A stretch of 64,000 bases of DNA from Terriglobia bacterium (GTDB taxonomy: Bacteria > Acidobacteriota > Polarisedimenticolia > Polarisedimenticolales > JAIQFR01), in assembly GCA_963748015.1 (NCBI GenBank), contig CAVVHE010000008.1, positions 256,001-320,000 of the forward strand, given 5' to 3'. Made by a program: the position numbers and the translations under genes. Positions 42,857 through 51,976 of the stretch are shown piece by piece (the stretch's first letter is position 1; every line of letters starts with the position of its first letter). The notes beneath the pieces are model-generated. The model was not told the origin of the DNA. It did not search any database and was given only the letters and a program-made list of their open reading frames with translations.

Positions 42857-43468
42857 CTACGTCTCCAGGACCATCCGGCTCTGGCAGCGGTCGTTTCCCT
42901 CCATCAGCGTCTTCCCGGAGTGCGTCACGCGGATCTTCGGGTTGAAGGCCTTCGTCGCGGCGGCGTCGGGATAGCACACGTACGCGTAGCCGATGTCGGC
43001 GGCGTTGGCGCCGCGGAAGGTCTTCGCCCAGAGGCATTCGGTCACGCGGACCTCGAAGGCCGTCGGCTTGTCCTCGAGGACCTCGTAGCTCAGCGCGTGC
43101 CGGTACAGCGGGTTCGGCTTCCGCATTTCCGCGGTCCACGTCTCGAGGTCGCGCTTGTCGAGGCTCTTCGTCCATTCCTTGACCGCTTGCTCGCCGGCCT
43201 TCGCGCTCGCCCTCTTGAGCAGCTCGACGAGCTTGTCCCGGCCGAGCTCCTCGCCCAGCGCCTTCATCGTCGGGATGAACGACTCGAGGTAGAACATCTT
43301 GAACATCTCGTCGTACGACATCTCGACGGGTGCGGCGGAATTGCCCTTCACGGGCTCGATCGCGGCGAAGACGCCCGGGCAGGCGAGGCACGCGAGCGCG
43401 CCGGCGGGAAGGAATCGCGTGAGAATCACCCGCCGGTCAGGGAGGAGCGTGAGGGTGTCCTTGTCCAT
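42857..43468 (-). CDS. L-2-amino-thiazoline-4-carboxylate hydrolase-like family protein
   Basis: FEVRVTECLWAKTF, IGYAYVCYPD, KTLMEGNDRC. Confidence 0.75.
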   Translation of the reverse strand: MDKDTLTLLPDRRVILTRFLPAGALACLACPGVFAAIEPVKGNSAAPVEMSYDEMFKMFYLESFIPTMKALGEELGRDKLVELLKRASAKAGEQAVKEWTKSLDKRDLETWTAEMRKPNPLYRHALSYEVLEDKPTAFEVRVTECLWAKTFRGANAADIGYAYVCYPDAAATKAFNPKIRVTHSGKTLMEGNDRCQSRMVLET

Positions 43469-43705
43469 GTCCGCCTCCTTTCGATCCGGGGATGGATCGA
43501 CATTTCCATCGCGGGACCCTGCTGGGAGGCCGTGCCCGGGGGTGTCCCCTGCTGGGTGACGACCTCCCGTCCGTGAAGGATGGCCCCATTCTGCGCTCGT
43601 CTCCCGCTCGAGACAAGTCTCCCGAAACGCCGGTGCCGCCTTTTGGAAGCGATGGGTCGCGGGGTCGGTCGCGGGTGTCGTGCCCCCGTTCTACAATCGA
43701 CCTCC

Positions 43706-44580
43706 ATGCCATACGAGGGAGCGCTCTACCGCCCGCCGAGCGAGGCCGATTCGTACATCGTGCAGGCCACGATCGGCTGCTCGTGGAACGTGTGCACCTA
43801 CTGCGCGATGTACCGGGACAAGACGTTCCGCGTCCGGGACCTGGACGAGACGCTCGAGGACATCCGGCAGGCGGGCGCGCGCTGCGGGGAGCGAGTCGCG
43901 CAGGGTCTTCGTCGCCGACGGCGACGCCCTGGTCATGAAGCTCGAGACCTGGGAGCCGATCCTCGAGGCCTGCCGCGCGGCGTTCCCGCGCCTGCGGCGG
44001 GTCAGCGCCTACGCGACCGCCATGAACCTCCTCGAGAAGAGCGCCGACGAGCTGCGGCGCCTTCGCGAGCTCGGCCTGGGCCTGCTCTACATCGGGCCGG
44101 AGTCGGGGGACGACGTCACGCTGAAGCGGATCGTCAAGGGGGCGGACTTCGCGGGCCACGTCGAGGCCGCTCGCCGCGCGCGCGAGGCCGGGATGAGGCT
44201 GTCCGCGATCTTCCTGCTGGGGGTGGGCGGGGTCGAGCGCAGCGAGGAGCACGCGGCGGCCTCGGCGCGGCTCGCCACCGAGATGGACCCGCGCTTCCTC
44301 TCGCTCCTCACGCTCACCGTCATTCCCGGGCCTTCCGATCGCGAAGCTCGAGGGCACCGGCCGGTTCGAGCTGCCCGGGGTCGAGGGGCTCCTCCGGGAG
44401 GCGAGGACTTTCATCGCCGGGGCGGCGCCCACCGACGCCATCTTCAGGACCAACCACGCGTCGAACTACCTGCCGCTCGAAGGCCGGCTCCCCCGCGATC
44501 GCGACCGCCTGCTCGCGGTCCTGGACGCGGCCCTATCCGGCAGGATCCCGCTCCGCCCCGAATGGGCGCGCGGCCTCTGA
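43706..44580 (+). CDS. Radical SAM protein (frameshifts near 43900 and 44330)
   Basis: YRPPSEA, GCSWNVCTYCAMY (CxxxCxxC), YIGPESGDD, FRTNHASNYL. Confidence 0.88.
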
Positions 44581-44646
44581 CGGCCGGGCCAGCCCAGCCA
44601 CGCAGACTTCACGACCGCCAGGGGTGCTCGAGAAGAACGGCCCAGG

Positions 44647-45174
44647 CTACTGCGCCACCGGCTCGTCGGCCCAGTCGTCGGGATTCGCGCCCGGCTCGGG
44701 CGGGAGCTTCGCGAGCTGCTGGCGGATGAGGTCCTGGTGGACGATCTCCTCGTCGCGGAGCTCCTCGAACAGTGCCCGGACCTCGGCGTCCTGGATCCTC
44801 GGGAGCGCGGCCACGAAGAAGCGCGTACGCCTTCTCCTCGCACCGCAACGCGGCCCGCAGGGCGGCGTGGGGAGTCATGAACGCCCGCGCCTCGTCGTAG
44901 TCGGGCGCCTCGACGTCGAAGATCATCGCGCGGGACACGGTCCGGGGGTCGCTCCCGAACAGCATCGAGCGGCGCGCCGTCGAGCTCCGCCCCGTGCTTC
45001 GCCTCGTTGCCCGCCATGAAGCGGAAGAACGACGCCGCCTCCGGGGTGTGGTGGGTCTCCATCTGCGCCGCGAACTCCTGGTAGCGCTCCTTGGCCTCCT
45101 CCTCGATGAGGATGGCGAGGTCGAGCGCGTCCTTGAGGGAGAGCGTCGCGAAATCGATACCGCGTGTCGCGCAT
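44647..45174 (-). CDS. Rubrerythrin/ferritin-like protein (frameshifted)
   Basis: DALDLAILIEEEAKERY, NEAKH and DEEIVH diiron motifs across frames. Confidence 0.8.
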
Positions 45175-45195
45175 GGCTGCGTCCTGGGGCCGCGC

Positions 45196-46091
45196 TCAGC
45201 GCTGCACGAAGAGATCGAGGATCCGCTCCCGGGGCGGCGCCTTCGGCATCATGCTCCCGCTGCCGCTGGCGGACGAGGCCGTCGAAGGTCGGCGGCGGGC
45301 TCGGGATTGCGATAGAAGACGCCCGGTGTAGAGCTTGGTGCCGTACTCGCGCGCGAGCCCCATGGCCTTGAGGAGGTCCGAGGCGTCGTGCCCCAGGCTC
45401 GCGAGCGGCGATCATCGCCGACTTGTGCGCCTTGAGCTGCTGCTCCTCCTCGCCGTAGGTGACGCAGGGAGACTGGATGTTGACGAAGGCGAATCCGGGG
45501 TAGCGGATCGCCTCCTCGATGACCGTGGCGAGCCCCGGCATGTCCGCGGGCGTCCCCTGCGCGACGAAGCCGCAGCCGTAGCCGAGCATGTACATGCAGC
45601 GGATTCACCGGCCCCTCGAGGTTGCCGAAGGGGCGACGTGACGGTCTTCGTCCCGAGCGGGGAGGTCGGCGACAGCTGGCCCTTCGTCAGGCCGTAGATC
45701 TGGTTGTCCATGACGATGTACGTCATGTCGATGTTGCGCCGGACGGCGTGCGGAACGTGGCCGCCGCCGATGGCGAAGCCGTCGCCGTCGCCGCCCGCCG
45801 CGAGCACGAGGAGGTCGGGGTTCGCGAGCCTTGATCCCCTGGGCGATCGGGCAGCGCGCGGCCGTGCACGCTGTTGAATCCGTAGGCCGTCGTGTAGCCG
45901 GGGATCCGGCTCGAGCAGCCGATGCCGGAGATGAACGCGATCTCGTGCGGGGGCCGGCCGATCGCCGCGAGCGCGCGGTAGATCGCCTGGACCACGCCGA
46001 AGTCGCCGCAGCCGGGGCACCAGATGGGCTTCAGGTCGCTCTTGTAGTCCTTCGGAGCGAGGGTGGGGAAGGAAGACGCCGTCGGGCTCAT
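45196..46091 (-). CDS. korB: 2-oxoacid:ferredoxin oxidoreductase beta subunit (frameshifted)
   Basis: WCPGCGDFG, SGIGCSSR, GGDGDGFAIGG, MDNQIYGLTKGQ, QSPCVTY. Confidence 0.88.
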
Positions 46092-46099
46092 GGTTCACC

Positions 46100-47893
46100 T
46101 CACTCCTGCGGCTGCAGCGTCGGCCCTTGCCCGCGCTGGAGGGTCATCGCGACGTCCCGGAGGCGGCGACTGCACCTCGCGAGGGACGGAAGGGGTTCGC
46201 GCCGCTGCGGCAGAACGGCTCGACCCCCGCCGGCACGTCGAGGTACATCCGCAGGATCCGGTAGAGCTGGCCCTGGTGCGACTGCTCGACGACGAGCCCC
46301 GCCTTCACCGACGCGAAGAAGCTCGCGGTAGACCTCCTCGGCGACGGGGTAGAGGAGGTACGGGACGAGGAGCTTCGCACGGAGCCCCTCCGCCCTGGCC
46401 TTCGCGAGCGCTTCGCGGCAGACTCCGGCGCTCGATCCCCAGCTCACGATCCCGAGGGGCGCGTCCGGGTCCCCCTCGACGAGGAACAGGTCCCGGCGGC
46501 GCTTCAGCGGCTCGAGCTTCTTGAACCGCTTCTCGTTCATCTTGATGTGGACGAGACCGCTCGCCGTCGGGTCTCCGTGCTCGTCGTGCTCGATCCCCGA
46601 GCCGAGGTAGTTCCCGCCCAACATGCCGGGATGGCTCACCGGGCTGATGCCGGAGTCGGTGTAGCGGAAGCGGACGTACTCGTGCAGCTCGTCGGCGGTC
46701 GGCCGGAGCCGCTCCAAGATCTCGATCTTCGACGTGTCGATCGGGTCCACGGTCTCCTTGCGCTGCGCGATCTCCTGGTCGGAGAGGACGACGACCGGGG
46801 TCTGGTAGCGCTCGGCCAGGTTGAACGCCTCGACCGTGATCGCGAACGTGTCCTCGACGCACGTCGGGGCGAGGACCGGGCGCGCGACGTCGCCGTGCGC
46901 CGAGAACGCCGCCTGGTAGAGGTCCGACTGCTCGGACTTCGTCGGGATGCCGGTCGAGGGCCCGCCGCGCTGGACGTTGATGATCACGAGCGGGAGCTCG
47001 GCGATCGTCGCCAGCCCGATGATCTCGGTCTTGAGCGACATGCCGGGGCCCGACGTCGCGGTCATGGACTTCTTTCCCGCGAACGACGCGCCCAGCGCCG
47101 CGCCGACCCCCGCGATCTCGTCCTCGGCCTGCACGAGGGCGCCGCCGTACTTCCAGATCTCGCGGCTCATGAACTGCATGACCTCGGACGAAGGCGTGAT
47201 CGGGTAGCCCCCGAAGAACTGGCAGCCCGCGAAGATCGCCGCCGCGGCGCTCATGTCGTTGCCGTCGGTGAGGAGCTTCGTGGCCGGAGGATCGATCGCG
47301 GGCTCGAGCGCGACCGGAACCTTGAGCGGGTGCTCCTTCGCGAACGCCACGCCCGCCGCGAACGCGCGCTCGTTCGCCTCGACGAGCTCGGCGCCCTTCT
47401 TGCCGAACCGCTTGCGCATCCCCTTGAGGATCCCCTCCGCGCCGATGCCCAGCCAACCCGAGAGGAGGCCGAGCACGACGGTGTTCTTCGCGCGGTCGGT
47501 CCCGGTGGTTTTCTTCGCGATCTCGCCGATGGGCACGGGAAGGACTTCCGCCGGGCTGACCCCCACGAGCGGGATCCTCGAGGGCTCCACGTTGGTGGCG
47601 GCCTCGTAGACGACCACGGTCCTGCCGCTCACAGGGAGCTCCGCTCCGAACTTCATGAAGTCGTCCCAGTTGAGCGCGACGGCGAAGTCGAGCATGCCGC
47701 CCGGGTTCAGGACGCGGCGGTTCGAGATGCGGACCCGGCACGAGGACTCGCCGCCCCGGATCTGCGAGCCGAAGCTCTTCGTCATGATCCCGTGGTAGCC
47801 CTCGAAGGCGACCGCCGCGATGAGGGCCTCGCCGGCCGTGACGATGCCGTCGCCGCCCGAGCCGGCCATTCCGATGACAAGATCGCTGCTCAT
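46100..47893 (-). CDS. korA: 2-oxoacid:acceptor oxidoreductase alpha subunit (gamma-alpha fusion; small frameshifts near the 3' end)
   Basis: AGSGGDG, SQIRGGES, GYPITPSSE, QAEDEIA, QRGGPSTGIPTKSEQ. Confidence 0.92.
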   Translation of the reverse strand: MSSDLVIGMAGSGGDGIVTAGEALIAAVAFEGYHGIMTKSFGSQIRGGESSCRVRISNRRVLNPGGMLDFAVALNWDDFMKFGAELPVSGRTVVVYEAATNVEPSRIPLVGVSPAEVLPVPIGEIAKKTTGTDRAKNTVVLGLLSGWLGIGAEGILKGMRKRFGKKGAELVEANERAFAAGVAFAKEHPLKVPVALEPAIDPPATKLLTDGNDMSAAAAIFAGCQFFGGYPITPSSEVMQFMSREIWKYGGALVQAEDEIAGVGAALGASFAGKKSMTATSGPGMSLKTEIIGLATIAELPLVIINVQRGGPSTGIPTKSEQSDLYQAAFSAHGDVARPVLAPTCVEDTFAITVEAFNLAERYQTPVVVLSDQEIAQRKETVDPIDTSKIEILERLRPTADELHEYVRFRYTDSGISPVSHPGMLGGNYLGSGIEHDEHGDPTASGLVHIKMNEKRFKKLEPLKRRRDLFLVEGDPDAPLGIVSWGSSAGVCREALAKARAEGLRAKLLVPYLLYPVAEEVYRELLRVGEGGARRRAVAPGPALPDPADVPRRAGGGRAVLPQRREPLPSLARCSRRLRDVAMTLQRGQGPTLQPQE

Positions 47894-48223
47894 GTAGACC
47901 CCTTGGCCGCCCCCGAAGTCCCGTTCGGCGGCCCCGTTCCTGGCTGCTGGGGCTGGGTAGTTTGAACGACGCGACGCCAGGGCGCAATGCCCGGCGTCCA
48001 CCGCGCGGTTTCCGGCGCGATGGTGCGCGTCCAGGACGGGACGATCGAGCCAGCAGGCTGTGGTCCGACCCCATTTCGACCGGACCTCTTCCCGCCGCCT
48101 CGACCCGCGCCGATGCGGCGATCTACTTGACCCGACGCGCAGCCGGAGGCGGCGGGACCGGGTTCCCGCCACCGACGAGGTCACCCGGCCGACCTCACTC
48201 TTTCATGGAGGCGCACCTCACTG

Positions 48224-48240
48224 TCCCCGCCGTCTCCACC
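48224..48240 (+). repeat. Degenerate tmRNA 3' end, copy 4 (15/17)
   Basis: TCCCCGCCGTCTCCACC, followed by IHF-site-like CAACCTGTTGAAT (48244-48256). Confidence 0.6.
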
Positions 48241-48313
48241 TGCCAACCTGTTGAATATATTGCGCTTGATCTCGACGCCCGCGACGGCGTTTCCAATCTT
48301 CTTGCTTCGGAGC

Positions 48314-48360
48314 TTGATTATCGTACTCCTACTGAGTACGATTGGACTCGAAATGAGTAC
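48314..48360 (+). promoter_or_regulatory. Promoter with tandem palindromic operators for the MNT-HEPN operon
   Basis: TTGATT-17-TACGAT; GTACTC-N5-GAGTAC (48323-48339) and GGACTC-N5-GAGTAC (48344-48360). Confidence 0.7.
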
Positions 48361-49066
48361 GGCATCGCGTGCGATCCGTCAGGAGCGAGGGTTGGCGTCC
48401 GTACTTTTCGGCCAGACGCGCCTCCGCGTACTGGGCTGGCTGTTCGGCCACCCGGACGAGGCGTTCTATCTGCGCCAGCTCGTGCGGCAGACAGGCGCCG
48501 CGCACGGCGCGGTGCAGCGCGAGCTCGCGGCGCTGACGGGCGCGGGCGTACTCCGCCGGACGGTTCAGGGGCGTCAGGTCTACTTCCAGGCGAATCGCGA
48601 ATCGCCGATCTTTACGGAATTGCAATCGCTCCTCATGAAGACGACCGGAGCCGTCGATGTGCTGCGCGATGCGTTGGCACCGCTCGCCGACCGCATCGCC
48701 GTCGCTTTCATCTTCGGCTCCGCGGCCCGCGGGGAGTTGCGCAGCGAAAGCGACATCGACCTGCTCGTCGTCGGGGATGCGTCGTTCGCGGCGGTCGCCG
48801 CCGCTCTGACAAAGGCGCAAGAGCGGCTTGGGCGGGACGTGAACCCGACGGTTTACCCGTCGGATGAATTCGCTTCGAAGATCCGCAGCGGCCACCACTT
48901 CCTGACGACCGTCTTGCAAGAGCCGCACGTGTTCATCATCGGAGGGTCGGATGAGCTTGGCGGATTGGGAGCGGAACGGCTGGCTGACGGCACACCGCAC
49001 GAGCGGAAACGAGATTCGCGACCTCCTCGCGGTGGTAGGGCGCGATCTCGCCGACAGCGAGGCTGA
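48353..49066 (+). CDS. HTH plus minimal nucleotidyltransferase (MNT) antitoxin-like protein
   Basis: Winged-HTH (FYLRQLVRQTG...VQRELAAL), FIFGSAARG...SDIDLLVVG. Confidence 0.88.
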   Translation: MSTASRAIRQERGLASVLFGQTRLRVLGWLFGHPDEAFYLRQLVRQTGAAHGAVQRELAALTGAGVLRRTVQGRQVYFQANRESPIFTELQSLLMKTTGAVDVLRDALAPLADRIAVAFIFGSAARGELRSESDIDLLVVGDASFAAVAAALTKAQERLGRDVNPTVYPSDEFASKIRSGHHFLTTVLQEPHVFIIGGSDELGGLGAERLADGTPHERKRDSRPPRGGRARSRRQRG

Positions 49067-49397
49067 AGGGCTGAGCGCTGATTGGCGCATGAACATCGCC
49101 TACAACGCGGCGTTGCAGGCTGCGACGGCGGCGCTGGCGGCGGCCGGCTATCGGGCCTCGCGGGACCAACACCACTATCGTGTGATCCAGTCGCTGCGTG
49201 AAACGCTCCGCATCGATGTGCAGACCGCCAACACCTTCGACGCCTTTCGAAAGAAGCGCAACGTCACCGGCTACGAGCGCATCGGCCTCGTCTCCGACGC
49301 CGACGCAGATGCGATGCGCGCGTTGGCCGTCAAACTCCGGGATGAGGTTGTCGCGTGGCTCAAGAAGAATCATCCCGACTTGCTGAAAGCGCCATGA
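48951..49397 (+). CDS. HEPN-like toxin
   Basis: IAYNAALQAA, HHYRVI, RKKRNVTGY; overlaps the MNT gene. Confidence 0.75.
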   Translation: MSLADWERNGWLTAHRTSGNEIRDLLAVVGRDLADSEAEGLSADWRMNIAYNAALQAATAALAAAGYRASRDQHHYRVIQSLRETLRIDVQTANTFDAFRKKRNVTGYERIGLVSDADADAMRALAVKLRDEVVAWLKKNHPDLLKAP

Positions 49398-49490
49398 GTT
49401 CCACGAAGGCCAAGACACGCCCCCGCGTCGAACAACGACCCGGCACGGCGACAGGTGGTAGAACACGACGGTCCGGCGGCGCCGGTCGGA

Positions 49491-49514
49491 GTTCGGTTCT
49501 CGCCGTCTCCACCA
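49491..49514 (+). repeat. Degenerate tmRNA 3' end, copy 5 (21/24)
   Basis: GTTCGGTTCTCGCCGTCTCCACCA versus GTTCGATTCCCGCCGCCTCCACCA. Confidence 0.75.
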
Positions 49515-49669
49515 CGTAACCGTCGCCCCACCCAGAGAGCGCCGCCGCTCGAAGGCCGCCGTCGATCGACATCTCGCCTCGGGGCGGGTTCCTGCCAGGG
49601 TGACTCGTTCGGTACGCGTCGTGTAGCATTCGTCGGTGGCCTAGGTTCCTTGGTCCGCGAGGAGGAATC

Positions 49670-51175
49670 ATGATGCGCTCCGTCCCGAAGAAGACGTTCT
49701 CGGCTGCGATCGTGGCGTGTGCCGCGCTCCTCGTCCCGAACCCGTTCCGCGCGGCCGAGACCGACCTGGGCGATATCCGGCGGGAGATCGCGAAGCGACA
49801 CGACGACGCGGTGAAGCGACTCCAGGACTGGATCGCGGCGCCGGCGATCGCGGCCGAGAACCGAGGCTATCCGGACGGAGCGCGGCTCATGGCCCAACTC
49901 GCCCGAGAGGCCGGATTTCAACAAGCGAGCGTTATCGAGACCGACGGCAAGCCAGGGGTGTTCGCGACGCTCGACGCCGGCGCGGCCAAGACGGTCGGCC
50001 TGTACTTCATGTACGACGTCAAGCAGTTCGACCCGGCCGAGTGGACCTCGCCGCCCCTCGAGGCGCGAATCGTCGACAAGCCCGGCATCGGAAGGGTGAT
50101 CGTCGGACGGGGCTCGGTGAATCAAAAGGGACCCGAGGCGGCGTTCCTGGCGGCGCTGCACGCGATCCGAGGCGCCGGGAAGAAGTTGCCGGTGAATCTC
50201 GTGCTCGTCGCGGAGGGCGAAGAGGAAATCGGCTCGCCGCACATCGGGCAGCTCGTCCATAGGCCCGAAGTCGAGGCCGCCCTGCGAAAAACCGTCGGCG
50301 TCTTCATGCCATCGGCGGGACAGGATCTCGATGGCGTCGTCCCGGTCACCCTCGGCGGGAAGGGCATCGTCGAGCTCGAACTGGTGTCCAGCGGCGAGAC
50401 GTGGGGGCGCGGGCCGGCGAAGGACATACACTCGTCGCTGAAGGCGATGGTCGACAGCCCCGTGTGGCGCCTGGTGAAGGCGCTCGACACGCTCGTCTCG
50501 GCCGACGGGAACACCATCACGATCGACGGCTATCCCAAGCCGCGGCCGCTCACCGCCGACGAGAAGGAGATGGTCGCGGCGGCGGCGAAACGGGGCGACG
50601 AAGCCACGATGAAGGCCCAATTCGGCGTGAAGCAGTGGATCGACGACCTGCCGTGGCCGGAAGCCAACGAGCGGCTGGAGTCGCAGCCGACGGTCAACAT
50701 CGAGGGGCTCGTGGCGGGCTACACGGGACCGGGCGGCAAGACCGTCCTTCCGCACCGCGCGGCGGCGAAGCTCGACCTGCGCCTCGTGCCGGACATGAAG
50801 TTCGCGGATGCCGTCGCCGCGCTGAAGCGTCACCTCGCGAAGAGCGGGTTCGCCGACATCGAGGTGAAGGTGACCGGCGGATACGATCCGACGAGCACTC
50901 CTCCGACCGCTCCGCTGATCCAGGCGCAGGTCGCGGTACTGAAGCGCGGCGGCATCGATCCGGTGATGTGGCCGCGCAACGCCGGCTCCTATCCGGGCTA
51001 TGTCTTCACGGGGCCCCCGCTCAACCTCGCCGCCGGCCACTTCGGTCTGGGGCACGGGAGCGGGGCCCACGCGCCCGACGAGTACTACGTCATCGAGTCG
51101 ACCAACCCCAGGATCCAGGGTTTCGACGGCGCGGCGATGTCGTTCGTAGAGTATCTGTACGAACTGAGCAGGTGA
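49670..51175 (+). CDS. Exported M20/M25/M40 family metallohydrolase
   Basis: Signal peptide, GRGSVNQKG, EGEEEIGS, AHAPDEY. Confidence 0.88.
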   Translation: MMRSVPKKTFSAAIVACAALLVPNPFRAAETDLGDIRREIAKRHDDAVKRLQDWIAAPAIAAENRGYPDGARLMAQLAREAGFQQASVIETDGKPGVFATLDAGAAKTVGLYFMYDVKQFDPAEWTSPPLEARIVDKPGIGRVIVGRGSVNQKGPEAAFLAALHAIRGAGKKLPVNLVLVAEGEEEIGSPHIGQLVHRPEVEAALRKTVGVFMPSAGQDLDGVVPVTLGGKGIVELELVSSGETWGRGPAKDIHSSLKAMVDSPVWRLVKALDTLVSADGNTITIDGYPKPRPLTADEKEMVAAAAKRGDEATMKAQFGVKQWIDDLPWPEANERLESQPTVNIEGLVAGYTGPGGKTVLPHRAAAKLDLRLVPDMKFADAVAALKRHLAKSGFADIEVKVTGGYDPTSTPPTAPLIQAQVAVLKRGGIDPVMWPRNAGSYPGYVFTGPPLNLAAGHFGLGHGSGAHAPDEYYVIESTNPRIQGFDGAAMSFVEYLYELSR

Positions 51176-51192
51176 GCCCGAGGCCAACCGCG

Positions 51193-51350
51193 ATGCTGCC
51201 CATCCTGCTGTCCGCGAGTCTCGTCCTTCTCGGAACCGCGGGCGGTCCGATACCCAAGAGGCTTCGCGCGGCGCCTTCCCAGGCGATCGTGGTGGGCGAC
51301 CGTGTCTACGTCGTGGACGCGGGGGACGGCGTCGGACGGCGGCTGCGCCC
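51193..51350 (+). pseudogene. N-terminal fragment of an MBL-fold (RNase Z-like) metallohydrolase
   Basis: LVLLGTAGGP...AIVVGDRVYVVDAGDG, truncated before the HxHxDH motif. Confidence 0.65.
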
Positions 51351-51403
51351 CGCTTACTCGACGACGACGGGATCGCGTGATCGACGGGCGAAACCAGCTT
51401 GGA

Positions 51404-51691
51404 CTATCCCCCGATGAAGTAGCGGTTCTTCGCGCGCTCGCCGGTGCAGCAACAGCACTCGATCGTGATGGCGGATCTGTTGCCGCCATCCACGCAGACG
51501 CCGATGACGTAAGGCGTTTCGCCGCAGGCGCTCGTACACGCGTAGTGCCTGCACTTCATGATGTCCATCCTGTCGTGCTTGAACGGATCCGGGGTCCTCA
51601 CCGGGCCGTCATCCGCGATCGCCCACACGCCGACGACCAAGACCGAGACGACTCCCGCTACGAGGCCCAGACGCCTCCAAGACAATCTCAT
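51404..51691 (-). CDS. Small secreted cysteine-rich protein (95 aa)
   Basis: GGAGGA RBS, signal peptide, 8 Cys including CCCC. Confidence 0.65.
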   Translation of the reverse strand: MRLSWRRLGLVAGVVSVLVVGVWAIADDGPVRTPDPFKHDRMDIMKCRHYACTSACGETPYVIGVCVDGGNRSAITIECCCCTGERAKNRYFIGG

Positions 51692-51848
51692 GAGTCCTCC
51701 TGTGCCGCGTTCGAACGGCCCTTGGGACATGCCTCCGATCCGCCCTCCGAAGGGACCCTGAGGTCAATATACCGCGGTGATCGCCGCGAGTGTGGAGGGA
51801 CCCGAGGTGTCGACCTACCGACAACCAACCGGTGGCAGCAGGGGTATT

Positions 51849-51867
51849 GATTCCGGCTGTCTCCACC
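51849..51867 (+). repeat. Degenerate tmRNA 3' end, copy 6 (16/19)
   Basis: GATTCCGGCTGTCTCCACC versus GATTCCCGCCGCCTCCACC; intergenic and in the same orientation. Confidence 0.5.
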
Positions 51868-51976
51868 GACGCTCCCGCGTACGCCCCGGCCTGCGGCATG
51901 CGCGGGGATGATACGCTCTACCCCGGCGCAAGGAGGCTCGAGCCGCGATCCGCCCTCGTCGGAAGGGAGACCCGCC

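Noticed and set aside
29801..51867. Classical integron, prophage or ICE
   Set aside because: No IntI or other integrase, phage structural or conjugation genes, and the palindromes lack evident attC RYYYAAC/GTTRRRY ends.
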